From a virus, in the IMG/VR virus record IMGVR_UViG_3300032163_000005, positions 1 through 64,000 of that record: a stretch of DNA of 64,000 bases. One strand, written 5' to 3'. The notes beneath the pieces were generated by a model, which was given only the letters and a program-made list of their open reading frames with translations, made no database searches and was not told where the DNA came from. How positions within the stretch are numbered: the stretch's first letter is position 1; each line of letters begins with the position of its first letter. Made by a program: the position numbers and the translations under genes. Of this stretch, positions 8,864-19,100 are shown one piece after another.

Positions 8864-9232
8864 TCAGATGCCGCACTCGCTCATGATGCGTTCTAAAAGA
8901 TCACGAAGCTTAGGCTTGTCGTGGAACGAGCTCTCTTCCGTGAGCTCCAAAACGGCTTGTCGTGCAGTGATGGACGACTTGGTCTCGAGAACCGGCGATT
9001 TGGGTTTTGGTGCTCGTTGCACAATAACCTTTGCAGCAACACTCGAGAGAGCTTCGTGCGCTGCCCGCACTTCAACATCGCTGTCGTTGTGCTGCGTCTT
9101 GAGACGCACGATGGCATCCGTCGCATGCTCGAGAATTTCTTCGTGAGCGTTAGGCGTCGTTGTGATGAGCTCTCGCGCATTCTCAATGCGGATTTCACGC
9201 ACGGCCTTCTGAGAGACGAGTCTACGGGCCAC
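8864..9232 (-). CDS. possible stand-alone C-terminal (capping/Rad50-binding) part of SbcD/Mre11
   Basis: Probable GTG start at 9232 gives MARRLVSQK; DAIVRL beta-alpha segment and terminal helices resemble SbcD C-termini (inference). Confidence 0.45.
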   Translation of the reverse strand: MARRLVSQKAVREIRIENARELITTTPNAHEEILEHATDAIVRLKTQHNDSDVEVRAAHEALSSVAAKVIVQRAPKPKSPVLETKSSITARQAVLELTEESSFHDKPKLRDLLERIMSECGI

Positions 9233-9746
9233 GGCGCATCCGTTCTGTTTCAATCGCATCAAGCATCGCGATCGGAACGCTAGATGACTGCCGTTTCATG
9301 ATCTCTACTATCGCGCTGCGACATCTGGGATCTTTCTGATCATTCATTCGTGCGAGCTCTTCCAAAAGCTTCCAATGTTCATCATCCGTTGCGGCCTTCT
9401 CGAACACACACGAGTCTTTTGGTTCCCACGACAGTGGCCACCCACATGGGATGATGAAATCAGTTTCGATAGCACCGACCGTCCAATGTTCGTTGCAACG
9501 TTTACTCCAAACCATGTCACCAACGCGAAGCTCGGGAACGTGGTCCGCAATCCAGAGACGCGCGAGCTTTTCATTGTCCTCACGAAGGACCTTGGCGCCC
9601 ATCACATAGATGATTCCGTTCTCAAGTAGAAAGTCGATGAGAACATCCATCGCTCCTTCACTGGTCCGTGCTTGTGCTCCGAGCTCGAGTTTATGGACGC
9701 ATTCGGGGCGTTTGCAATTTGCATCCTTTTTCATCTTGAGCATCAA
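9222..9746 (-). CDS. hypothetical protein
   Basis: 174 aa ORF translationally coupled to the SbcD-like gene. Confidence 0.5.
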   Translation of the reverse strand: MMLKMKKDANCKRPECVHKLELGAQARTSEGAMDVLIDFLLENGIIYVMGAKVLREDNEKLARLWIADHVPELRVGDMVWSKRCNEHWTVGAIETDFIIPCGWPLSWEPKDSCVFEKAATDDEHWKLLEELARMNDQKDPRCRSAIVEIMKRQSSSVPIAMLDAIETERMRRGP

Positions 9747-10486
9747 ACTTCTCCCAAGAGAAAACAGGGTGAGTGTCGTTCTTCACCAAACGTAAGCCTC
9801 GCGAGCGCACCTGGAATCTCGAGTGTGAAGTTTGGAAATGTCACCGTCTGGCGCTTGTGGAAATGACCTTGTATAGCCGTCACGCGAATGTTCTCTTTCG
9901 CGAACGCTGACACACGTTCGACGGGATACTTCACGTCACGCCCACGATTCATCTCCGAGCTCTCCTCACCACGCTGCACACCGGGAATGTTGGTGAGATG
10001 CGAGAGAACGAAACACGGCATGGATTCGCGTTGTGCGTGCTCGCGATACATCGCCACAAGATCGAGCTCCGAAGGATTGTATGGAGCGGTCGCGGCGGGA
10101 TACGGAAGTCCGATCACCACAAACCCATTGACCACAGTTGCACGTGGTTGCTCAAACACATGCGTGAGCGCTGACATCGCATAGAGTGGAGAGAGAACCG
10201 TGTCTCCTGATCCATCTTCGATGACGTCGTGATTGCCCGACACAGCGAAGAACGGGATCTCCATCTCCTCGCACGCTGCAGCCGTCTCGAGGATCAATCG
10301 AATCGCTCGAATGGTCGCAGCGCCATTGTCTGGATTGGCGAGGTCACCCATGAAGAAGTACGCATCAACGTTTTCCTTCTCCGCGACCTTCAAGCTCGCT
10401 TCAACCGCACGCTGAATCTCATCGAATCGCCTCACCCCATGAGAGACCCAATCCGCGTGCCAGTCTGAGGTGGCGATGTACTTCAT
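9743..10486 (-). CDS. SbcD/Mre11-like metallophosphoesterase nuclease (catalytic domain only)
   Basis: SDWH, GDL, GNHD, SH, GHFH motifs, then PGAL..LTFGE. Confidence 0.88.
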   Translation of the reverse strand: MKYIATSDWHADWVSHGVRRFDEIQRAVEASLKVAEKENVDAYFFMGDLANPDNGAATIRAIRLILETAAACEEMEIPFFAVSGNHDVIEDGSGDTVLSPLYAMSALTHVFEQPRATVVNGFVVIGLPYPAATAPYNPSELDLVAMYREHAQRESMPCFVLSHLTNIPGVQRGEESSEMNRGRDVKYPVERVSAFAKENIRVTAIQGHFHKRQTVTFPNFTLEIPGALARLTFGEERHSPCFLLGEV

Positions 10487-11112
10487 CGCGGCTCACAGTC
10501 ACGTTTCGGCCGCACGGCTTCAGTGAGTGCTCGTTCGGCCGACCATCCCAACTTCACCAATCGGTTGTGAAGCGTTTTGTATCGGATGCAAAGCTTCTCG
10601 GACCATTGTTGGAGTGTCATTCGTTCACCACGAAATCGGACCACGTGTGACGTCGTCCGATGAGTGCCCTGCTCTTTGTACGTCGCCCACACACAATTTT
10701 TGGGTGTGTAATTCCCATTATTGTTTTTTCGATCAATCGTGAACTGAGCTCGTCCCGATGGGTGTTCTCCGCGTGGTCGTGGTCCCATATCAGCCAGAAA
10801 ATTTTCAAATACTCGCCATCTGACACACACTCGGATCCCGCGACCTCCGTAATTCTCATACTGCTGCGCTGACGGATTTGTGCAGCGCTGAATCAACGAC
10901 GCCCAAATGTAATATTCAGGGCGCTGCTTTCCTTTCACACGTTTCGCGAACCCGTGGCGAAGTCGGACAGGGCGATTTGACATCTCCTCAACACGCCATC
11001 GCCGGTCGCAGGCTTTGCACCGCTGACTCGTCTTGTGAATCAGAGCTCCGCACGCGCATGGATGTTTGTTCCGCTCTTGATACCGCCGTTGTGCTGCCCA
11101 TCGTTCACTCAT
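10483..11112 (-). CDS. HNH homing endonuclease
   Basis: YGGRGIRVC.RW..FENFLADMG.RP...IDR.NNNGNY...NC.WAT. Confidence 0.85.
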   Translation of the reverse strand: MSERWAAQRRYQERNKHPCACGALIHKTSQRCKACDRRWRVEEMSNRPVRLRHGFAKRVKGKQRPEYYIWASLIQRCTNPSAQQYENYGGRGIRVCVRWRVFENFLADMGPRPRGEHPSGRAQFTIDRKNNNGNYTPKNCVWATYKEQGTHRTTSHVVRFRGERMTLQQWSEKLCIRYKTLHNRLVKLGWSAERALTEAVRPKRDCEPR

Positions 11113-12608
11113 CTTACGAGGTATAGCTCTTTTTTGGCTCTGGTGATAGCCACATATGCAAGCGCCCGCTCTTCAAACGTTACCGCCTGCGTCACGTATT
11201 CACCGGTTTCATTACGAACCGTTCTCGCGTTGAGATACGTGCTCCAAAGCAAGAACACACGATCACGCTCCATGCCCTTGAATCGGTGCGTGCTCGAGAA
11301 GAGAACGCGTTCTCGATCATCCCCATCATCGAACATGACCGAGATGTTGCGCAGCACTTCCGCGATGCTCTTAGCTCCGTCTGCGAATGCTTCCACACAT
11401 GCCGCTTTGTCCGTGATGGGTTGAGGATCCTGGTCTTTTGCTTGACACTTATCCACTTCCCTCATGCGCCATGCGGCAACCCAATCGAGAAGATCCGTGA
11501 CCGAACTTGCTTGAGACCTTGTCACCATTCCTGAGAGGGTCTTTCCAAGATCGCGCCCGACGATGTTGCTCTTGATGCCCGCTCGGATGAAGGCCATGCA
11601 TTGTTTGATCAGCGCCGCGTTCGTGCGCGAGATGATCACATCACCGGGTCTGGCTTTGGTGATGAGCTGATTCACTGCGAGATTTTCAACAAGACCTTCT
11701 TCCGCGTTGGGTGCCGCTTCAAGATCAGGAACAAGCTCGTTGGCTTTGCGCACGATGGATCGTGCACATCGAAACGTCACCGTGAGTGGCATTTGTTTGG
11801 CTTGAAGCTGAGATCGTATGCGATTGAACATCGCAGTACCCGCGCCACGCCATTCGTAGATCGCTTGGAACGGATCATAGACGACAACGATGCGTCCGAC
11901 CCCGCCCGCGAGTGAGAACGCAAGACGGAGTTGGTTCTCTGCCATGTCCTGAGCTTCATCCACGAAGACGATGTCATTGACGTACTTCGGCTTGAGATTG
12001 AGCACGATCGGGAGCCAGACTTGATCGTCGAAGTCGACAAGTCCCGGCATCTCTTTGGCGCTCTTCATCGCCGCGAACGCCATTTGCGCGAGCTCGCGTT
12101 GCGAGACGAGACCATCCGCATCAATGTCATGATCCTCGAAGACTTCTTGGGCGCGTTCGAGATCTTCGACCAAGTAAGCCTTGCACATCGAAGCCGCACG
12201 CTTGACCGCTGTAACGAGCTTGGTCGGCGCGCCCATCCCCGCTGCTTCCTTCGCGAGCAAAATGCCTTTGTCCGTGTCAATCGTGCAGTGACGATCGTGC
12301 GCTTTGAGGATCGCGAATCCCGCCGCATGAAACGTGCGGACCTTGAGTGAGTCTGGCGCCTTGGCCTTGAGATCATCAGCGATCGTCCGATTGAACGCCG
12401 TGAGTCCCGCGTTCACCTTGGGAGGAAGTCTCACGGCACACTCGAGAATGGTCGTGCTTTTTCCCGCACCTGCTCGTGCGACCACTTCAAGGTTTCCCTG
12501 GCCTTTGACCACGGCTTCGAAGACCGCCTCTTGTTGGGGCGTCCAGGCCTTCTTTGTTCCCGCTCGTACAGACGCCCCGAGGAACAGATCCATGTCTTCG
12601 TTACTCAT
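11109..12608 (-). CDS. UvrD/Rep-like SF1 helicase
   Basis: ARAGAGKST, DEAQD, DPFQAIYEWRGA, STHRFKGME, YVAITRAK. Confidence 0.9.
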   Translation of the reverse strand: MSNEDMDLFLGASVRAGTKKAWTPQQEAVFEAVVKGQGNLEVVARAGAGKSTTILECAVRLPPKVNAGLTAFNRTIADDLKAKAPDSLKVRTFHAAGFAILKAHDRHCTIDTDKGILLAKEAAGMGAPTKLVTAVKRAASMCKAYLVEDLERAQEVFEDHDIDADGLVSQRELAQMAFAAMKSAKEMPGLVDFDDQVWLPIVLNLKPKYVNDIVFVDEAQDMAENQLRLAFSLAGGVGRIVVVYDPFQAIYEWRGAGTAMFNRIRSQLQAKQMPLTVTFRCARSIVRKANELVPDLEAAPNAEEGLVENLAVNQLITKARPGDVIISRTNAALIKQCMAFIRAGIKSNIVGRDLGKTLSGMVTRSQASSVTDLLDWVAAWRMREVDKCQAKDQDPQPITDKAACVEAFADGAKSIAEVLRNISVMFDDGDDRERVLFSSTHRFKGMERDRVFLLWSTYLNARTVRNETGEYVTQAVTFEERALAYVAITRAKKELYLVR

Positions 12609-12623
12609 GCTTGGTCCTTGCCG

Positions 12624-13739
12624 CTACGCCGCAAACTTGGCGCGGCATTCTGCCTCGATTTGTTTCATCAGCTCCGAATTCTTGTGAAGAGCCTTTACCG
12701 CGTTGTGTTTGCCCTGCCCAAGTTTCTCGCCTTCATGACTGAGCCACGCACCCGTCATCTTCACGATGCCAAGATCAAGCCCGAGCTCGATCACATCGCG
12801 TGGACGGTCGAAGCCCTCGGGAACAAGTAGACCATTTGAAGTGTGGAAGAAGGCTTGTTCGACCTTGCCTTCCTTACTTGCGATTTTCGTTTTGTAGATC
12901 GTCACGCGATGCTTCTCGCCGTAGACTTTGCGATTCTTGTCCTCACCTTCCTGAATCCACGATGCACGCTCAACACGCATCGCTGCAGATGAATCGAAGA
13001 TGACGTCTTGACCTCCACCGACCTTGTAGGTTGGTGTGAATTCATTCCCATCCGTGTTCTCCATCTCACGCGCGATGGCCACGAATCCAGCGTTGGTCTG
13101 TTCGAGAAGAGGGACAAGCTCCATAAGCCACGCTGCATTCATCGCAGCCTGGATTTGTCCCATGCGCCTAAGAAGCCCGCTCTCCTTCTCACCCTTCGCG
13201 CGCAGTCCGAAGATCTCATCCCAGAGATTCTTGGGTACGAGCTTCTTCAACGAATCAACGACGATGATCGCGCTCGTATCTAGTGGGATCTCGCCGTCCT
13301 CTTTTGCTTTCGCGATCGTGAGAAGCGCTTCTCGAATATCCTTCCGAAGCTGTTCATACGTCGCAGGTCTCTGCGCAACAAAGTGCGGCGCATCAAACCG
13401 ATCCCCCATCATCTTCCGAACCCAATCACCAGGGGTGGTGCGTTCGGCATCGATGTAAATTGCAAAATGATCAAGCGCGATGAACGAGCTCATGAGTCCA
13501 AGCGTGAACGCCGTCTTGCCGTGATTGCTCGGTCCATGGACGAGCGTGAATCGTTCGATGGGATACCCCCCGACGCCAAGAGCCCGATCGATGTCGGGGA
13601 ATATCGTCGGGACCGCTTTGACGCGAGTAAGCACGTCGACCGCTGGCCTGAGTGACTTGAACCGCGATGCAACCTTTGCGAGCGCCGCAAGACGTTTCGC
13701 ACCTTCTTTGTTTTCAGGAACGAGACTTCGACGTGCCAT
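12624..13739 (-). CDS. recA: RecA/UvsX-like recombinase
   Basis: ID.ALGVGGYP, GPSNHGKT, YIDAE, IVVDS, KTKIA, AW...GEKLGQG. Confidence 0.88.
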   Translation of the reverse strand: MARRSLVPENKEGAKRLAALAKVASRFKSLRPAVDVLTRVKAVPTIFPDIDRALGVGGYPIERFTLVHGPSNHGKTAFTLGLMSSFIALDHFAIYIDAERTTPGDWVRKMMGDRFDAPHFVAQRPATYEQLRKDIREALLTIAKAKEDGEIPLDTSAIIVVDSLKKLVPKNLWDEIFGLRAKGEKESGLLRRMGQIQAAMNAAWLMELVPLLEQTNAGFVAIAREMENTDGNEFTPTYKVGGGQDVIFDSSAAMRVERASWIQEGEDKNRKVYGEKHRVTIYKTKIASKEGKVEQAFFHTSNGLLVPEGFDRPRDVIELGLDLGIVKMTGAWLSHEGEKLGQGKHNAVKALHKNSELMKQIEAECRAKFAA

Positions 13740-13961
13740 TGATCACCTTGAACGTACGGGCCTGTTATCCCCGCTTGCTACACCGTTTGCGATCCTTCGA
13801 TTGGCGCGCATAGCGCTTTTGAAGGTCACCTCGTGAGAGTTTCGCGTGTTCTTCGTTCTTCAACAGTGAAGGGGGGATTTCAGTTGTTGAAGCTCTCTCA
13901 CTGCGTTGATTCGCAGCGTCGTCAGGAGGTCGGTTCCTCCTAGCAATTCGTTCAAGTCCTT

Positions 13962-15215
13962 TCAGCCGAATGGCACATCGTCGCCCGTGTCAGTCCCATC
14001 GTCGTCGGCGTACTTCGCGCCACACTTTCCGCATTCGAGCTGTCCCTTTTTCATGGGCGCTTTGCACGCATCACATGGGTCGCCCATGTCTTCAGGTGGA
14101 GCAACAGGCCGACGTCCAGCCTTCTTTGGTCCTTCTGGCTTTGCACCATTCTCGTTCGCCGCCTTTGCAGCCGCGGCTTTCTTTACCGTCGTCTTCTTGG
14201 GCGCTGGCTTCTCTTCTTTCTCCTCTTCTTTGCTCTCTGATGCGTCTTCGTCTTCCTCATCTTCGTCCTTCGCTTGGACGCCAGAAAAGAGAGTGTCAAA
14301 TGGGAGCTCAACGCCGTCCGTGAGATGTTTCTCCATCCGAGATCGCATCGTCGCTGCGTTGAACGGATCAAGGTATTGCGAGAGATCTGGCGCGTCGCTC
14401 GTGATGAGCCGTTTAACCTCTTCAGTCAGTTGGATCTTGTTGATGCGAAGCGCGTCGTACTTGTCCTTGAGATCTTCGGCTTCCTCTCGATAGACGAACC
14501 GAATGCAATACGGGTTGATAGTCGGATCACCCTCTTCGGCGCCGTTTGACTCCTTCTCCTTGATGATGGTCGCGACCACCTTCTTCTTGAGAAGATCAGG
14601 CTCGGTTGTGATTTGTACGCCGCCCGCGATGTTGTTGTTGTCAACAATCGGGAAGACATAGGAGAGCTTCGGCATACAATTGAACTTCCACGCCGTCTGC
14701 GGATAGATGCCAACCGACTTCATCTCCTTTTTCTCATCGTCGGTGAGCTTGCGCGATCCAAACGCACCGTAGAGACCACCCGCTCTGATGATGGTGTTGT
14801 GCTTTGGATCGGACGCGCCCTCGAATCTGAAGAGCTCATCGATCCAGCTCATCGTTCCAGCGGCCACCTGACTCCTGACATACTCGATGAGCTTGCACAC
14901 CGGGCATCGGACAGGAGGAACCTTGCGCTCTCCTGATGGCGTGCGCTCGTACATCTCTTTGAGAACGCTCTCATCCTCATGACAGACGATAGGGAGCGAG
15001 TAGATCAGCTTCGTGATCTTCCGCGTGTCCTTGTCTTCTTGGATGATGACCTGCGGGAATGAGTGCCGCCAGACACCCACCGGAAGACGTTTGGTGTGAA
15101 GCCACGCATCGAGCTTGCTGGCGTCGTGCCAGCTCTTGAGACGTGACCCCCCACGCATCTTTGGACCGGAGTGATTGAGAAAGTCGTCAAAGGCTTCGAA
15201 TTCAGTAGCAGCCAT
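13962..15215 (-). CDS. single-stranded DNA-binding protein (gp32-like) with acidic tail
   Basis: CPVC zinc motif, acidic and Lys/Ala-rich linker, C-terminal DDVPFG resembling the bacterial SSB tip; next to RecA. Confidence 0.6.
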   Translation of the reverse strand: MAATEFEAFDDFLNHSGPKMRGGSRLKSWHDASKLDAWLHTKRLPVGVWRHSFPQVIIQEDKDTRKITKLIYSLPIVCHEDESVLKEMYERTPSGERKVPPVRCPVCKLIEYVRSQVAAGTMSWIDELFRFEGASDPKHNTIIRAGGLYGAFGSRKLTDDEKKEMKSVGIYPQTAWKFNCMPKLSYVFPIVDNNNIAGGVQITTEPDLLKKKVVATIIKEKESNGAEEGDPTINPYCIRFVYREEAEDLKDKYDALRINKIQLTEEVKRLITSDAPDLSQYLDPFNAATMRSRMEKHLTDGVELPFDTLFSGVQAKDEDEEDEDASESKEEEKEEKPAPKKTTVKKAAAAKAANENGAKPEGPKKAGRRPVAPPEDMGDPCDACKAPMKKGQLECGKCGAKYADDDGTDTGDDVPFG

Positions 15216-15272
15216 GTTTTTGCTCTTGGTTTGGGTTGTTGGGATCTACGTCCCACCCCATCATTACCGCCT

Positions 15273-16196
15273 TCATCGCGATTTGCCGAGAAGCACTTCG
15301 AGAGCTCGATGATGAGCTGTCCACGCATCCACGAGATTGGAGAGTGACTCCACCATCTCCTTCACTCGGCGCCGCTCGGTTTCTTGCGCGTGCCACTCAT
15401 CCCCGAAGATGGCCGCCGCTTTCATCTTCACATCACCATCCGTGATTTGCTTGTTGCGCTGCTTCGCGTCCTTCTCCTCTTGAAGAGCTTTGGTCGCTTC
15501 AAGCCACATCGCACCGAAGATGACGTTGTTACGAGATTCCCACGACTCCTTCTCGACCTTCGCGGTCACAAAGATGCGATGTGCCTTCCGCATGTTCGAT
15601 GCCGCGTTGCCGAGTCTTGCCGCTAGAGATCCACGATCACTGTGATCGTCACCAAGATGGAGCTCCTTCTCGAGAACATCGTAGAGCCCACCAATGTCGT
15701 CCACGAAGACCGACTCGACCACGCGCTGAACATCGGGACGCAGGGGACTTTTCTTCGCTGCGTTCGAGACCTCGAAGTCGAATCGCTTGCGAGCTCTCGC
15801 GTGTCGTTCTTCTTCCTCTGTCTTGGCAATCTCTTTGGCGAGCTTGCCCGACGTCTCGAGGGCTGTTGCTTGTTTGGCTTTTTCGATTCGTTCATCTCGG
15901 GTTACTTGATCGAGCGATGCCGCTCCACCATGCGCATTCTCGCAATATGTGGTCTTCGGATCTCCCGATGGCGCGATGTACTGCGGTTCAAGACAAACCG
16001 CGCAGTAGAAGAATTCACCACCCACGACGTGTGGAGCTCCCAAGGGAGGTGGTTCAGTGAAATCTCCACTCTTCTTCTTACGACTCTTTTTCGCTGGCTT
16101 TGGGTCCTGTGGTTCGAAGGGATCATCCGTGGCATCCGGGATGCTGGGGATGTCAAAGGGATCAGTGGCAGGTGGTTGAACGAGACGTCTAGCCAT
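15273..16196 (-). CDS. zinc-finger/coiled-coil protein, possibly a UvsY-like recombination mediator
   Basis: CAVC...CENAH; C-terminal helical KQITDGDVK region; lies between Pol and SSB; start at 16196 (MARRLV) or 16202. Confidence 0.4.
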   Translation of the reverse strand: MARRLVQPPATDPFDIPSIPDATDDPFEPQDPKPAKKSRKKKSGDFTEPPPLGAPHVVGGEFFYCAVCLEPQYIAPSGDPKTTYCENAHGGAASLDQVTRDERIEKAKQATALETSGKLAKEIAKTEEEERHARARKRFDFEVSNAAKKSPLRPDVQRVVESVFVDDIGGLYDVLEKELHLGDDHSDRGSLAARLGNAASNMRKAHRIFVTAKVEKESWESRNNVIFGAMWLEATKALQEEKDAKQRNKQITDGDVKMKAAAIFGDEWHAQETERRRVKEMVESLSNLVDAWTAHHRALEVLLGKSR

Positions 16197-19100
16197 TTGC
16201 ATACGTCATTGCCGCAAACCACGCGTTCTCGCGAGCTCCTTCGATAGATCGATCAAGAGCTGACGATCCATCGACCGTGAGCTTCGAGTCTGCGAGCGCC
16301 CGCACCCCATCTTGGAGATGAACAACGATCTTCACTGGTCTCGTGCCAGGGAAGCGGAGAAGCACCTCTCTGAGCACGCCAAAATCATCCAGATCGCTGA
16401 GATGAAGCTCCCAAGGTGTTGTTGTCATTGTGAAATCAGGTTTAGACAGATCGATCTGTCTAAACGGCTCTCGTGGAAGCATTCGTGGGGGGATGCGTAC
16501 CGAAGGCTTCTCCACTGGGAAGTCGAACGCCGCTTGGTCCTTAGGTGGCGGTTTGTGACGTCCCTTCTGCGGCCTAATGCGCTCGAGTCGCCTCCATAGG
16601 TGATCGGGGAAGGCTGCTTCCAAAAGCCGTTGCGTGGGCTTCCAGACGCGATTTTCCCAAACGTAGAACCGATCGCACTCCCCTTTGTAGTCCTCCGCGG
16701 GAACAGCCGTCATCGGTGTAGTGGTCGAATCCATGATGACCCACTCGACACGCTGCCCTTCGCCCATCTGATAGCCGCGCTTCGCGAGCTCCTTGCCGAT
16801 GGCGACGTGGATGATGTCCGCTCCCTCTGAACCGTCCTTCTTGGCCTTGGTCTTGTATTCTTTGAGCCCCTTCGAGAGTCCGGCCGACTGCACAACTTCT
16901 TCGAGAGGCAATGGATCGTTGAGCACATGATCCAGCGCTTGCTCTGCGAGATCTTCATACTCAGAGATTCGTTCCTCTCCGAGCATGAGCATGTGAATTG
17001 CGCGCTCTTGGAGCTTCGCCGCAAGCTTCGTCGCATCGCCGCGCTTGTACTCGAGTCCCTTCACCTCAGGATGCGAGTGCTTATCGGGATCAAACTTCTC
17101 ATCGAGCTGTGGAAGCGGCTTTGGAGCTTTGCCTTTGTAGTGCGAATACGTGGCACAGTTTTTCGATGCAAATCCCCACACAACGTAATTCCCCGTCGTT
17201 GTGGTCAATCCAATAACTTCGCCTTCACCATCCGGCACTACCGAAACCACGCAATCTGGATTCGAAAACCTAGATTTGAAAAGAGACTTGGCCATCCGAC
17301 CAGCCTTCGCAGGTCGGCACCACGTTATGAATTCCAATCTCTCTTGCAGGCTTCCGTGAATGTTGAATGTCTCGCAATCATTCCCCGCGGATCGTTGCGT
17401 CCTGACACCGTAATTCCAACCAAGTTTTTTGATCGACTCCTCAATACGCGTACACACCTCAGGATTTTTGATGCGCGATTGTGAAATCAAAATCTGGCCA
17501 CGATTATCACTCGCAAGAGATCCTTCGCCATCCCAAATCCCACCGAGCCAATCAGCAGCACGCTGTTCATCAAAAGAAAGACGTCGTGGCTGATCGACCA
17601 CATGAGAAATAATTCGACCGACCTTTGCAGGAACGTAGTCTGAATACGTTCCTGATCGTCCGTGAATGCGCCACCGATGATCGGGTGTGCATCGCAACAC
17701 ACGCCCAGATTCAAATGTCACACGAACAATCGTGGCGCGATGCCTGTGTACTGCAACCACCTCAGAAGTTGTGAGCTTTCTACGACTCCTGTCACTTCCA
17801 AAAATACGCTTTCTTGTGACTGTTTTTTTCCCTGGCTGCCTCCGTCCTACGCCCCACTTCCCATCAACCCACCCAAAAACCACATCTCCAACACGAACAT
17901 CATCCAATTGTTTGAAACTGCCATCTGCCATCCAAATGGGAGCTTCCGGAGGATTGCAGTAACGTTTTGCATTGGAGAAGATCAGTCGGTCGTAGGCCTT
18001 CTCGTACGCGATCGAAATGTCGTTGATGGCGCATCCGCACTTCGCGATGAGAGGTGGATAGAGATCCGTGTTGCACCATGCGACGAATACTGAGAATTCT
18101 TGCTTCGTGCATCCTCGAACGAATGACGAGTCCGTGTCCGAGTAAACGACTTCCCATCCGCGCTCTTCGATCGCGTTAATCGTTTGCTTGATGAGCCACA
18201 CGCCAGTTTGCGTGATCGACTCCGCGATCCGCCAGTCGAAGTACCGCGAGAAAGCATTTCCGAAGACGCCGTAAAAGGCATTGATGGTGCTCTTGAGCGC
18301 GCTCGATCGTGAATCGGCGTCGTGCCATTCCGCCGTACCCGGTTGGAGCGATGCCTTCTTCTTGTTCCAGAAGTCTCGTTGTCCGATGAGCTCGAGAAGC
18401 GCGATGCAAAGGAGACCTTGAACATCCGTTCGAAAGGTCTCTCCCGTGGTCGGACAGCGACACGTGTTGGGCGGAAGAGGTCCATTGACCGGAGCTGATG
18501 TCAGCGTCTCCGGACTCATGTTGAACGTGAGCATGATGGATGGGTACATGCGCGAGAAGTCGCACACGTGAATGTCCCGTCCGATGCCATGAATCTTGGG
18601 TTTGACGACTTGCGCGCCCTTGTACTGTTTCTCGCCCGCTCCTTCGCGGTAAACACGCGATGCGAAGTGTTTGCCGTGCTTCATGCCGAGCTTGAGCATG
18701 AAGCCGTCCACTTGCCGCGTTGGTGCGAGCCCCGATGTATCTGGGAACACAGAGCACGCTTGTGCAATGGCATCGAAGAGAAGAGCAAACCCCTTCTTCG
18801 CTTCGATCTTGGGCAGAAGGATCGCGTCCTTCGTGTTGTATTCAAGAAGGCGAGCTCTCGATTCACCGCCCGCTTCCCAAGCTTCCCAAGTTTTTCGCGC
18901 ATCGAAGTTGTCTTTGCCTTCTCCAAGGACAGCTTGTGCAATTGCATCGAGCTTCATCGAGCGCTTCTCATCGCCCGACTCTGCAGCGTGCATGTTCATC
19001 TTCTTGAACAGCAGGAGATGATCGAGCCAGAGCCAAAGCCTTGGATCGGCCTTCACGCGAAGATGATCGGTCCGGGCTCCGAGCACTGGGAAGTCGAAGC

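Noticed and set aside
13835-13945. Hammerhead ribozyme (CTGACGA followed by a stem on the minus strand)
   Set aside because: The stem is followed by AGAG, not the required GAAA; the nearest CGAAAC is about 55 nt away with no consistent stem III.
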